From: Bifidobacterium longum subsp. longum JCM 1217
GTDB taxonomy: Bacteria > Actinomycetota > Actinomycetes > Actinomycetales > Bifidobacteriaceae
Length of the DNA: 32,000 bases
Reading direction: 5' to 3'
Assembly: GCF_000196555.1 (NCBI RefSeq)
Contig: NC_015067.1
Location: 810,001-842,000, forward strand
Shown: positions 1-7,928 of the stretch, piece after piece
How positions within the stretch are numbered: position 1 is the first letter of the stretch
Layout: every line of letters starts with the position of its first letter
Position numbers and translations under genes: made by a program
The notes under the pieces: model-generated
What the model was told of the DNA's origin: nothing
Seen by the model: only the letters and a program-made list of their open reading frames with translations
Database searches by the model: none

Positions 1-120
1 GTGGAGCGGCATGCTGAGGCAGTAAGGGGTCCTGTGTTCTGGTGGACCCCCCTCAGTCCGCCGGAGGCGACTGAGGGGGAGTATGACGCAGGGGTAGGGG
101 TCTCATGACCATATACGAAT

Positions 121-150
121 GGGGGCTGATTCCAATCGGAATCAGCCCCC
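121..150 (-). terminator. GC-rich hairpin downstream of ackA (putative terminator)
   Basis: GGGGGCTGATTCC-N4-GGAATCAGCCCCC forms a perfect 13-bp stem about 45 nt past the ackA stop. There is no clear U-tract. Confidence 0.45.
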
Positions 151-195
151 ATAGTGTTGCAACTAGAGATTGGTGAGATGCCTAACGGCGGTTAC

Positions 196-1425
196 TTACT
201 TGGCGAAGGTGTTGCCGTAGGTGTCGGTGCCGGCTTCGGCGATTGCGGCGGACTTGCGGGCGATGGCCAGCTCTTCGTTCGTCGGAATCACGGCGATGAT
301 CACGGAGGAGTCCGGAGTGGAGATGATGCGCGGTTCCTTGGAGCGGGTGGCGTTCTTCTCCTCGTCCAGCTTGACGCCGAACGGAGCGAGCTTGTCGCAC
401 ACCATCTTGCGGACCACGTCGTCGTTCTCGCCCACGCCAGCGGTGAAGGTGATCACGTCGCAGCCACCCATCTGGTAGGTGTAGTTGCCGATGTAGCTGA
501 CGATGCGGTGCACGTAGACATCCAGAGCCAGCTTGGCGTCCTCATTGCCCTCGGACACCAGACGGTGAACCTCACGCAAATCGCCATAGCCGGTCATGCC
601 CATCATGCCGGAACGCTTGTTGAACAGGGCGTCAAGCTCGTCCACGTTCATGTGGGCGTTGCGGATCAGGTGGAAGACCACAGCCGGGTCGATGTCACCG
701 GTACGGCCGCCCATCATCAGGCCCTCAAGCGGGGTCAGACCCATGGAGGTCTCAACCGGCTTGCCGGAGACTTCAGCGGAAGCGGAAGCGCCGTTGCCGA
801 TGTGCAAAACGATCTGCTTCAGGCCTTCAGCCGGCTTGCCGATGACGTCCGGCACCACGGAGGAGATGTACTCGTGGGAGGTGCCGTGGGCGCCGTAGCG
901 GCGGATGTGGTACTGATCGGCGATTTCCTTGTTCAGCGCGTAGGTGCTGGCGGCCTTCGGCAGCTGGAAGAAGAAGGAGGAATCGAAGACGAAGATCTGC
1001 GGAACGTCCGGCAGCAGGGAGCGCATGACTTCGGCGCCCTTGGCCTCCGGTCCGTTGTGCAGCGGGGCGAGCACAGCCAGATCCTTGACCTGGTTGATGG
1101 TCTTGTTGGTCACGAGGGCCGGCTTCGGGAAGATGGAGCCACCCTGCACCACACGGTGGCCGACGGCGACAATGCCAGCCTCAGACAGGTTCGGGCCGTA
1201 CTCCTCGAAGAAGCCGAGCACGCGCTTCAGACCCTGCTCGTGGTCGTGAATCGGCTCTTCAAGCTCGTGCTTTTCGCCGTTGTACTCGTGCTTGTAGTGG
1301 CCGTCGACCGGCTCACCGATCTTCTCGACGAGGCCGGAAGCGAGGCCTTCGCCGGATTCGAGATCAACCAGCTGGTACTTGATCGAGCTGGAGCCGGAAT
1401 TGATGACAAGGACGGTTTTCGCCAT
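196..1425 (-). CDS. ackA: acetate kinase
   Basis: The ORF is 409 aa from ATG 1425, with GGAGGA about 9 nt upstream. The N-terminus MAKTVLVINSGSSSIKYQL and the internal HIGNGASA and GGRTGDIDP motifs are typical of acetate kinase. The track ORF start at 1467 is an upstream extension. Confidence 0.95.
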   Translation of the reverse strand: MAKTVLVINSGSSSIKYQLVDLESGEGLASGLVEKIGEPVDGHYKHEYNGEKHELEEPIHDHEQGLKRVLGFFEEYGPNLSEAGIVAVGHRVVQGGSIFPKPALVTNKTINQVKDLAVLAPLHNGPEAKGAEVMRSLLPDVPQIFVFDSSFFFQLPKAASTYALNKEIADQYHIRRYGAHGTSHEYISSVVPDVIGKPAEGLKQIVLHIGNGASASAEVSGKPVETSMGLTPLEGLMMGGRTGDIDPAVVFHLIRNAHMNVDELDALFNKRSGMMGMTGYGDLREVHRLVSEGNEDAKLALDVYVHRIVSYIGNYTYQMGGCDVITFTAGVGENDDVVRKMVCDKLAPFGVKLDEEKNATRSKEPRIISTPDSSVIIAVIPTNEELAIARKSAAIAEAGTDTYGNTFAK

Positions 1426-1517
1426 TATGGGCATCCTCCATTGTGATTGAATGTTCCCGTGAGACACGGGTTACCGTTGATTAGATTACTCGTTGCTTGC
1501 TACAAAAAAGGCATTAC

Positions 1518-1543
1518 GGTGGCTCCCGCTGGCGGGAGCCACC
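1518..1543 (-). terminator. pta-ackA intercistronic hairpin followed by a T6 run (attenuator/terminator-like)
   Basis: On the minus strand the sequence is GGTGGCTCCC-GCCAGC-GGGAGCCACC, then GTAATGCCTTTTTTG. It lies 17 nt after the pta stop. Confidence 0.45.
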
Positions 1544-1559
1544 GGGAGCCAAGCCGGGC

Positions 1560-3230
1560 TCACTGCGCTTCGATGGCGGTGAGGGCGATGGTGTTGATGA
1601 TGTCCCGCACCAGAGCACCACGGGACAGGTCGTTTACCGGCTTGTTGAGACCCTGCAGCACCGGGCCGATGGCCAAGGCGCCGGAGGAGCGCTGCACAGC
1701 TTTGTAGCCGATGTTGCCGGCGCACAGGTCCGGGAAGACGAACACGTTGACGTGTCCAGCCACATCGTTGCCCTTGGCCTTGGTGGCGGCTACGGTGGGG
1801 GACCAAGCGGCGTCGAACTGGATGGAACCGACCACCGGCAGATCCGGAGCCTTCTCCTTGAGCAGCTTGGTGGCTTCCTCGACCATGTCCACGTCCGGTC
1901 CCTTGCCGGAACCGAGGGTGGAGTAGGAGAGCATACCGACCTTCGGGTCGATGCCGAAGGCACGTGCGGTCTCGGCGGACTGCAGCGCGATTTCGGAAAG
2001 CTGCTCGGCGTCCGGGTTGAGGTTGATGGCGCAGTCGGAGAACACGGCCACATGGTCCTTGAAGCACATGAGGAATGCGCCGGAGACCAGCTTCTGGCCG
2101 GGCTTGGTCTTGATGACCTGCAGGGCCGGGCGCACGGTGTTGGCGGTGGAGTTCACGGAGCCGGAGACCAGGCCGTCGGCGTAGCCGAGCACCACGAGCA
2201 TGGTGCCGAAGTAGCTGGCGTCGGTCAGCTGCTTGCGGGCCTGCTCCTCGGTCATGCCCTTCTTGGCACGCAACTCGCACAGCTTGGCGACCATGGGCTT
2301 CAGCACGTTCTCGTCGTCCATAGCCTGGAAGCGGGCGCGATCCAAGTAGTTCAGGCCCAGTTCCTTGCCGCGAGCCAGAATGGCGTCCTTGTTGCCCACG
2401 ATGATGAGGTTCACGATCTCGCGCTCAAGCAGGTAGTCGGCCGCCTTGATGATGCGGTCCTCCTCGCCTTCGGGCAGCACGATGGTCTTCTTGTTGCTCT
2501 TGGCCTTGCCGAGCAGGCCGAACTGGAAGGCGTACGGGGTGATGGGCGCGGTGACGTCCACATCGAGCGCGGCGAGCACTTCATCGGTGGGAGCGTTCTT
2601 ACGGAAGGCCTCCAGCGCCAGATCCTTGGTGGATTCATCGGTGAACGGCACCTGCGGAAGAGTCCAGACCGGCAGGCCGTACTTGGCGAGGGTCTCCTTA
2701 ACGGAGAAAGCGTGGCGCGGCTCGCATCCGGTCACGAAGATGCCGAGCACCTTGTTGCCAGCGGCCTCCATGCCCTCGATGGACAGCTTGACGGTCTCGT
2801 CGAGCTCGTGCGGCCAACGGTTGATGGTGCACACGGCTAGGAACACGCCGGCCTTCAGATCAGCGGCGACATTCGCGTCGAATTCATAGCTGGTCGGATC
2901 GTTGACGTGGGACTTGTCGGTGCCCACGATCAGGGCGGCGTCCGCGCGGGAAACGTCCATGGCATCGTTGAACGCGCCGACGATATCGCCACGGGCGGTG
3001 TTCTTATCTTCGCGCACCTTGTGCACATCGAGGCCGGTGGACAGGGCCACGCCGAGTCCGGCATTGGAGGCGGCGAGTAGGATCGGGGTGAATTCGTCAT
3101 GGTTGGACACAGCAGGGCGGAACACCATGGTCTTGTACTTGGAAGTCAATGCGTTGAGCATGCCGTAAGCGACGACGTTGCGGCCATTGGCGCCTTCAGG
3201 GCTGGCGATATATACACGGGTGACGGTCAC
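1560..3230 (-). CDS. pta: phosphate acetyltransferase (long form with N-terminal regulatory domain)
   Basis: The ORF is 556 aa from GTG 3228-3230, preceded by AAAGGAG (plus-strand ctccttt at 3242-3248). The C-terminal PTA_PTB-type sequence includes SGSVNSTANTVRPALQ and FVFPDLCAGNIGYK. It sits directly upstream of ackA. The track start at 3272 is probably an extension. Confidence 0.92.
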   Translation of the reverse strand: MTVTRVYIASPEGANGRNVVAYGMLNALTSKYKTMVFRPAVSNHDEFTPILLAASNAGLGVALSTGLDVHKVREDKNTARGDIVGAFNDAMDVSRADAALIVGTDKSHVNDPTSYEFDANVAADLKAGVFLAVCTINRWPHELDETVKLSIEGMEAAGNKVLGIFVTGCEPRHAFSVKETLAKYGLPVWTLPQVPFTDESTKDLALEAFRKNAPTDEVLAALDVDVTAPITPYAFQFGLLGKAKSNKKTIVLPEGEEDRIIKAADYLLEREIVNLIIVGNKDAILARGKELGLNYLDRARFQAMDDENVLKPMVAKLCELRAKKGMTEEQARKQLTDASYFGTMLVVLGYADGLVSGSVNSTANTVRPALQVIKTKPGQKLVSGAFLMCFKDHVAVFSDCAINLNPDAEQLSEIALQSAETARAFGIDPKVGMLSYSTLGSGKGPDVDMVEEATKLLKEKAPDLPVVGSIQFDAAWSPTVAATKAKGNDVAGHVNVFVFPDLCAGNIGYKAVQRSSGALAIGPVLQGLNKPVNDLSRGALVRDIINTIALTAIEAQ

Positions 3231-3395
3231 GATGTTTTTGTCTCCTTTGATGATCAACACGATAGGGACCACACCTCATTGTAGTGGCGATTACTGTTAT
3301 CGCTCACGCCGGTGTCGCGCCAATCGGAAGCGTCCCCTTTGCGACGCTTTCCGGGGAATGTTGCGCAAAACCCCAAAAGTCGGCCGATAGGCCAG

Positions 3396-3430
3396 AAAAC
3401 GAAAAAGGCCGGTGCGTGAAGCACCGGCCT
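3396..3430 (-). terminator. intrinsic terminator after the tRNA-Ala pair
   Basis: On the minus strand the sequence is AGGCCGGTGC-TTCAC-GCACCGGCCT followed by TTTTTCGTTTTC. It lies 6 nt past the tRNA 3' end. Confidence 0.75.
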
Positions 3431-3436
3431 CGATTG

Positions 3437-3509
3437 TGGAGCTAGGGGGATTCGAACCCCCGACCCTCTCCATGCCATGGAGATGCGCTACCAGCTGCGC
3501 TATAGCCCC
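3437..3509 (-). tRNA. tRNA-Ala (anticodon GGC)
   Basis: A 73-nt cloverleaf was folded by hand: GGGGCTA acceptor with the G3:U70 Ala identity pair, anticodon loop ATGGCAT, and T-arm GGGGG-TTCGAAT-CCCCC. CCA is not encoded. Confidence 0.93.
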
Positions 3510-3598
3510 GAGTGAAGCTATCCGATTCATGGGAGTCGCAAGACCCGCCATGAACCAGCGGAGAAACCACCATATCGCCTGACTTGATGGCTTCGTCG

Positions 3599-3671
3599 TG
3601 GAGCTAGGGGGATTCGAACCCCCGACCCTCTCCATGCCATGGAGATGCGCTACCAGCTGCGCTATAGCCCC
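3599..3671 (-). tRNA. tRNA-Ala (anticodon GGC), second identical copy
   Basis: The sequence is identical to 3437..3509 and lies 162 bp upstream in the same orientation. Confidence 0.93.
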
Positions 3672-3744
3672 GTTTTCAGTTGTTGGCCCGTTGTTTGGAC
3701 CTCGTATACATTACGACGAGATGTCGATTCTGGCAAAAGCCGGC

Positions 3745-3780
3745 GTGTCGCCAAATGGCAAAAGTGGGATTTGGCGACAC
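3745..3780 (-). terminator. hairpin downstream of the histidine-phosphatase gene (bidirectional-looking terminator)
   Basis: GTGTCGCCAAAT-N12-ATTTGGCGACAC forms a 12-bp perfect stem. It is flanked by TTTTTGG on the plus strand and by GCCGGCTTTTGCC on the minus strand. Confidence 0.55.
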
Positions 3781-3889
3781 TTTTTGGCTTGTTTCCGCCA
3801 TTATTCAGGCATTGGGTTATTCAATTACTGCTTGAACGGTTTTTCGAATACACTGAACCTGTTGGCTCAGCAGGGGAGCCGTGACACGA

Positions 3890-4588
3890 TCAGCGTTCGC
3901 GTTCCCACTCGTCGGTGTCGGCGATGGCCGGACCGTGATTGTAGTCCAGCAGACGCCAGCGCACAGTGCCATCGGGATTGTCCATCGGCACCAAGCGCAC
4001 CCAGTGCGCATTACGCAATGAAACCACCGTGGAAAAGGTCGGATCGATTGCAGAAATGCCCAACAGGGTCTGCAATGTCTGCGCAATCCATGCGCCGTGC
4101 GAGAACACGAACAGGTCCGTGTCGTCTCCGGCACGCGTGGACCAGTCCTCAAGAGCCTCCACGCCGCGCTTGCCCACAGCTTCCTTGGGCTCGGCTCCAT
4201 ACTTCAGCTCGCCGCCCCGAGACTCCATCCAGGAACGGAAGTCCTCGGGGTAGCGTTCGGCCAGTTCGGCCACGGCATGGCCATCCCAATCACCGAAGCT
4301 GCGTTCACGGACGCGACGATCATCGACGGGCTCGATTCCACCCAATACGTCGGCGAAAGCTTGCGCGGTGGCGTGCGCACGCTTCAAATCGGAGCAGACA
4401 ATGAACCGGTGGTTGATTTCCGGCCGACGATCGACGTACAGGCTTTTCAAGGCCGCGGCGGTCTGCTTGACCTGCCATTCACCCACGGCGTCCAGCGGAA
4501 TGTCGACCTGGCCTTGGAGCTTGTGAGCGGCGTTGTAGGAGGTACGTCCATGACGGATAAGGAAAACGGAACGAACATGATTGGTCAT
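3890..4588 (-). CDS. histidine phosphatase family protein (phosphoglycerate-mutase-like; position matches actinobacterial GpgP-type genes downstream of rsfS)
   Basis: This 232-aa ORF carries the catalytic RHG motif near the N-terminus (VFLIRHGRTSYN) and a later SHGAWI motif. The rsfS-then-phosphatase synteny is conserved. Confidence 0.85.
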   Translation of the reverse strand: MTNHVRSVFLIRHGRTSYNAAHKLQGQVDIPLDAVGEWQVKQTAAALKSLYVDRRPEINHRFIVCSDLKRAHATAQAFADVLGGIEPVDDRRVRERSFGDWDGHAVAELAERYPEDFRSWMESRGGELKYGAEPKEAVGKRGVEALEDWSTRAGDDTDLFVFSHGAWIAQTLQTLLGISAIDPTFSTVVSLRNAHWVRLVPMDNPDGTVRWRLLDYNHGPAIADTDEWERER

Positions 4589-4620
4589 AGTGACGATCCT
4601 TTCGGTTCCAGTGAGGAAAC

Positions 4621-4675
4621 AGGAAAAAGGGAGGGCTGCCTGGTGCCGTCAATGACGTTCGGCAACAGGCAGCCC
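4621..4675 (-). terminator. intrinsic terminator downstream of rsfS
   Basis: On the minus strand the sequence is GGGCTGCCTG-N23-CAGGCAGCCC followed by TCCCTTTTTCC. Confidence 0.65.
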
Positions 4676-4680
4676 GACAC

Positions 4681-4723
4681 GCGAATATCAGCGAATATCA
4701 GCGAATATCAGCAAGTATCAGCG
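4681..4723. repeat. 10-bp tandem repeat (GCGAATATCA x3, GCAAGTATCA x1, partial fifth unit)
   Basis: The repeat was read directly from the sequence. It lies between the rsfS stop (4740) and its terminator hairpin. Confidence 0.95.
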
Positions 4724-4739
4724 TTACGCGATTCGCACG

Positions 4740-5153
4740 TTACGCGGTGGTGACGGCAGCATCTTCCGCATGCTCCGCCGTTTCCGGGTGTGCGAGTTCA
4801 AGATCGATGGCCGGGCAGTCGCGCCAGAGTCGTTCGAGCCCGTAGAATTCGCGCGATTCCTCGTGCATGACATGAACCACGAAATCACCGTAGTCAAGCA
4901 GCACCCACTGGCCCTCGGTCAGGCCCTCGCGAGAGCGCGGCTGACGGCCGGAGCACTTAAGGAACAGGTCCTTTTCGATTTCCTCGGCCACGGCCAGTAC
5001 CTGACGCTCGTTGGAGGCGCCGGCGATCATCATGATGTCGGTGATGCCGAGCAGGTCGGCTACGTCGAAGGCCACGATGTCGGTGGCCTTGATACGGTCT
5101 GCGGCCTCGGCGGCCACGCGGACGGCGTTGATGGAATCCTGAAGTGCGGGCAT
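4740..5153 (-). CDS. rsfS: ribosome silencing factor RsfS (iojap family)
   Basis: This 137-aa ORF contains the typical RsfS core DIVAFDV...ITDIMMIAGASNERQVLAVAEEIE...DYGDFVVHVM. Confidence 0.9.
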   Translation of the reverse strand: MPALQDSINAVRVAAEAADRIKATDIVAFDVADLLGITDIMMIAGASNERQVLAVAEEIEKDLFLKCSGRQPRSREGLTEGQWVLLDYGDFVVHVMHEESREFYGLERLWRDCPAIDLELAHPETAEHAEDAAVTTA

Positions 5154-5156
5154 GGT

Positions 5157-6539
5157 TCAGCGCTCCCAGGCGGGCTTCCAGCCCTCGACGTTGTGCTGCG
5201 TGTTCTCGGAGTAGACCATCGTGTCGCTCGGCACGGCGTGGCGCACCACGGAGCCGGCGCCGGTGGTCACGTTGTCGCCGACCTCGACCGGGGCCACGAA
5301 CAGGTTGCCGGCGCCCACATGGCAGCCGGAGCCGATGGTGGTGCGATTCTTGTGCACACCGTCATAGTTGGCGGTGATGGTGCCGCCGCCGATGTTGGTG
5401 TGGTCGCCGAGCTGGGCGTCGCCCACGTAGCTCAGGTGCGGCACCTTGGTGCCGTTGCCGATGTGCGCCTTCTTCATTTCGACGAACGCGCCGGCCTTGG
5501 CATCCTTGCCGAACTCGTTGCCCGGGCGCAGGTAGGTCCACGGGCCGATGTTCGTGCGTGCGCCGATGTGCGATTCCTGCACGCGGGAACGCTCGACCAC
5601 GGCACCTTCGTCCACGGTTGCGTCAATGAGGGTGGTGTACGGGCCGACGATGGCGTCCTCGCCGACCACCGTGTGGCCTTGCAGGAAGGAACCGGGCAGG
5701 ATGGTGGCGTCGCGGCCGATCTGGACATCGTCCTCGATCCAAGTGGTTTCCGGGTCAAGAATGGTCACGCCATCGCGCATCCAGCGCTCGCAGACGCGGC
5801 GGTTGTAGGTCTTGGACAGCGCGGCCAGCTGCACGCGGTCGTTCACGCCTTCGACGGTGAGCGGATCCGGAGCAGCGAACGCGCCGACTTTGCCAGCGGC
5901 CTTGGCGGTTTCCAGCGCGTCGGTCAGATAGAACTCACCCTGCGCGTTGTTCGACTTCAGTCCGGCGATTGCCTCGGTAAGCACGGAAGCCTCGAACACG
6001 TAGACTGAGGTGTTCACTTCCTGCACGGCGAGTTCGCTGCGGTTGGCGTCTTTCTGCTCGACGATGCGCAGCACGTTGCCTTCGCGATCGCGGATGATGC
6101 GGCCGTAGCCGGTCGGGTCATCGAGGATGGTGGTGAGCACGGTGGCGCCGTTGCCGGAGGCGGTGTGGAATTCGACCAGACGGTGCAGCGTCTCGCTGTC
6201 GAGCAGCGGCATGTCGGAGGCGGCGATCAGCACCGGGCCATCGACCTTGCCAGCCTCGGTGAGCTGCGCCATTGCGCACTGCACGGCGCGGCCGGTACCG
6301 GGAATGTCGTCCTGGTTCACGATGGTGACCTGCTCGTCATAGGAGCGGGCGGCTTCGGCGACGCGCTCGGCCTGGAAGTGCACGACCACGGCCAGCGTGT
6401 CGGGATTCAGGGCGGCCACCGAATCCATGACCCTGTTCAGGAAGGTCTTGCCTGCAAAAGTATGCAGCACCTTCGGCTTGTTGGAACGCATGCGGGTACC
6501 CTCGCCGGCTGCGAGGACGATGGCTGCGGATAATGCCAT
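5157..6539 (-). CDS. glmU: bifunctional UDP-N-acetylglucosamine pyrophosphorylase / glucosamine-1-phosphate N-acetyltransferase
   Basis: The ORF is 460 aa from ATG 6539. It has the N-terminal LAAGEGTRM nucleotidyltransferase motif and a C-terminal left-handed beta-helix of hexapeptide repeats (IGxxxxIGP... pattern). Confidence 0.93.
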   Translation of the reverse strand: MALSAAIVLAAGEGTRMRSNKPKVLHTFAGKTFLNRVMDSVAALNPDTLAVVVHFQAERVAEAARSYDEQVTIVNQDDIPGTGRAVQCAMAQLTEAGKVDGPVLIAASDMPLLDSETLHRLVEFHTASGNGATVLTTILDDPTGYGRIIRDREGNVLRIVEQKDANRSELAVQEVNTSVYVFEASVLTEAIAGLKSNNAQGEFYLTDALETAKAAGKVGAFAAPDPLTVEGVNDRVQLAALSKTYNRRVCERWMRDGVTILDPETTWIEDDVQIGRDATILPGSFLQGHTVVGEDAIVGPYTTLIDATVDEGAVVERSRVQESHIGARTNIGPWTYLRPGNEFGKDAKAGAFVEMKKAHIGNGTKVPHLSYVGDAQLGDHTNIGGGTITANYDGVHKNRTTIGSGCHVGAGNLFVAPVEVGDNVTTGAGSVVRHAVPSDTMVYSENTQHNVEGWKPAWER

Positions 6540-6600
6540 AACTGACGTATTCCCTTCGATCGGAATGTCTATTGAGGGTGGAAACACCTCAAAACAATAG

Positions 6601-6627
6601 ACGGCCGCCCGGATGTCGAGCGGCCGT
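6601..6627 (-). terminator. hairpin after tRNA-Gln
   Basis: On the minus strand the sequence is ACGGCCGC-N11-GCGGCCGT followed by CTATTGTTTTGAGG. Confidence 0.5.
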
Positions 6628-6633
6628 CAGCCG

Positions 6634-6704
6634 TTCCCCCACCTGGACTCGAACCAAGACAAAGGGTTCCAAAGACCCGTGTGCTGCCATTACACCATGG
6701 GGGA
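6634..6704 (-). tRNA. tRNA-Gln (anticodon TTG)
   Basis: A 71-nt cloverleaf was folded by hand: acceptor TCCCCCA/TGGGGGA, anticodon loop CTTTGGA, and T-loop TTCGAGT. There is one C-U mismatch at 27:43. Confidence 0.85.
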
Positions 6705-6820
6705 GTCGTGGGCTTTCGGCCCACAAGTGTTCATTTATACCATATTGTCGGTATTTACCGAAAGACTACGCCATGTCGCGTCTCGCATCGTGTGCTTTCC
6801 TTGAACAAACACGCACGTGA

Positions 6821-7843
6821 TCAGGCGAACAGGAAGCCTTGACCGTGGTGCTCGGGGTAGGTGTCGAACAGTTCGGCGACCGAGCCGTCCTCGAATACGG
6901 CGCGGATGGCGCTGGCCAGCAGCGGGGCGATCGACAGGACGGTCAAGCCATCCCAGCGCTTTTCCTCGGGAATCGGCACGGTGTCGGTCAGCACGACCTC
7001 GCGCGCACCGCAGTTCTTGAGTCGCTCGATGGCCGGGCCGGAGAGCACGCCATGCGTGGCGACCACGGTCACCGACTTGGCTCCCGCGTCCTGCAGCACG
7101 TGGCATGCGCCCGCGATGGTACCGGCGGTGTCGATCAGGTCATCGACAAGCACGCAGTCCTTGCCGGCGACGTCGCCGACCACACGGTTGGCGACCGCCT
7201 GGTTCGGGCGGGTGATGTCGCGCGTCTTGTGCACGAAAGCGAGCGGACCGCCGCCGAGACGCTGCGCCCACTGCTCGGCCACGCGAATGCGGCCGGCGTC
7301 GGGGGAGACGACGGCGACGTTGTCGAGATGGCCTTGGAAACGATCACGGATGTAGTCGACCAGCACTGGCATGGCCACCAGATGATCGACCGGGCCGTCG
7401 AAGAAGCCTTGGGACTGCGCGGCATGCAGATCGACCGACATGATGCGGTCGGCACCGGCGGTCTTCAGCAGGTCGAACACCAGACGGCAGGAGATGGGCT
7501 CGCGGCCGCGGTGCTTCTTGTCCTGACGGGAGTAGCCGAGCAACGGGCAGACCGCAGTAATGGAACGGGCCGAGGCGCGCTTCAATGCGTCGATCATGAT
7601 GAGCTGCTCCATGATCGCCTTGTTGATGGGTTTGTAGTGGCTTTGCAGCACGAACACATCGGCGCCACGCACCGATTCGGTGTAGCGCACGTACATCTCG
7701 CCGTTGGCGAAATCGTATGCGGTGGTTTCAAGGACGTCGATGCCGAGCTGCTCGGCGACATCCTCAGCCAACTTCGGATGAATCCTTCCCGTAACGAGAA
7801 TAAGATTCTTATCGGGCTTTCCTTCAAGGATTGCGCTCACCAT
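6821..7843 (-). CDS. prs: ribose-phosphate pyrophosphokinase
   Basis: The ORF is 340 aa from ATG 7843, with GGGAG just upstream. It has the PRPP-binding loop VLVDDLIDTAGT and the motif YSRQDKK. Confidence 0.93.
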   Translation of the reverse strand: MVSAILEGKPDKNLILVTGRIHPKLAEDVAEQLGIDVLETTAYDFANGEMYVRYTESVRGADVFVLQSHYKPINKAIMEQLIMIDALKRASARSITAVCPLLGYSRQDKKHRGREPISCRLVFDLLKTAGADRIMSVDLHAAQSQGFFDGPVDHLVAMPVLVDYIRDRFQGHLDNVAVVSPDAGRIRVAEQWAQRLGGGPLAFVHKTRDITRPNQAVANRVVGDVAGKDCVLVDDLIDTAGTIAGACHVLQDAGAKSVTVVATHGVLSGPAIERLKNCGAREVVLTDTVPIPEEKRWDGLTVLSIAPLLASAIRAVFEDGSVAELFDTYPEHHGQGFLFA

Positions 7844-7928
7844 GTCTCCCAACGTGTGGTCTCGTTGATGCAGTCTTCAGCATAGCCGTTCTTCACGACC
7901 GGTTGGACAACTCAGCGTTGCCTGCCGT

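Noticed and set aside
154-1446. Long plus-strand ORF antisense to ackA. Equivalent antisense ORFs occur at 1497..2840, 4770..6008, 6839..7885, 10186..12057, 18538..19851, 24216..25175, 25342..26541, 26604..27368, 27316..28206, 28816..29691 and 31059..31772.
   Set aside because: Each one overlaps a confidently assigned gene on the other strand. Their compositions (Gly/Val/Ala/Asp/His or Arg/Pro/Ser rich) indicate non-coding frames kept open by GC3 bias.
3598-4404. 268-aa plus-strand ORF starting inside the tRNA-Ala gene
   Set aside because: It runs through a tRNA gene, a terminator and the antisense strand of the phosphatase gene. The product is Arg/Pro/Ser-rich, typical of a shadow frame.
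4681-4723. Possible CRISPR array. The same question was considered for the four CATTAGGTCG boxes at 28651-28770.
   Set aside because: The units are 10 bp with no spacers (first case), or are arranged as a palindrome (second case). Neither has CRISPR repeat-spacer architecture, and no cas genes are present.
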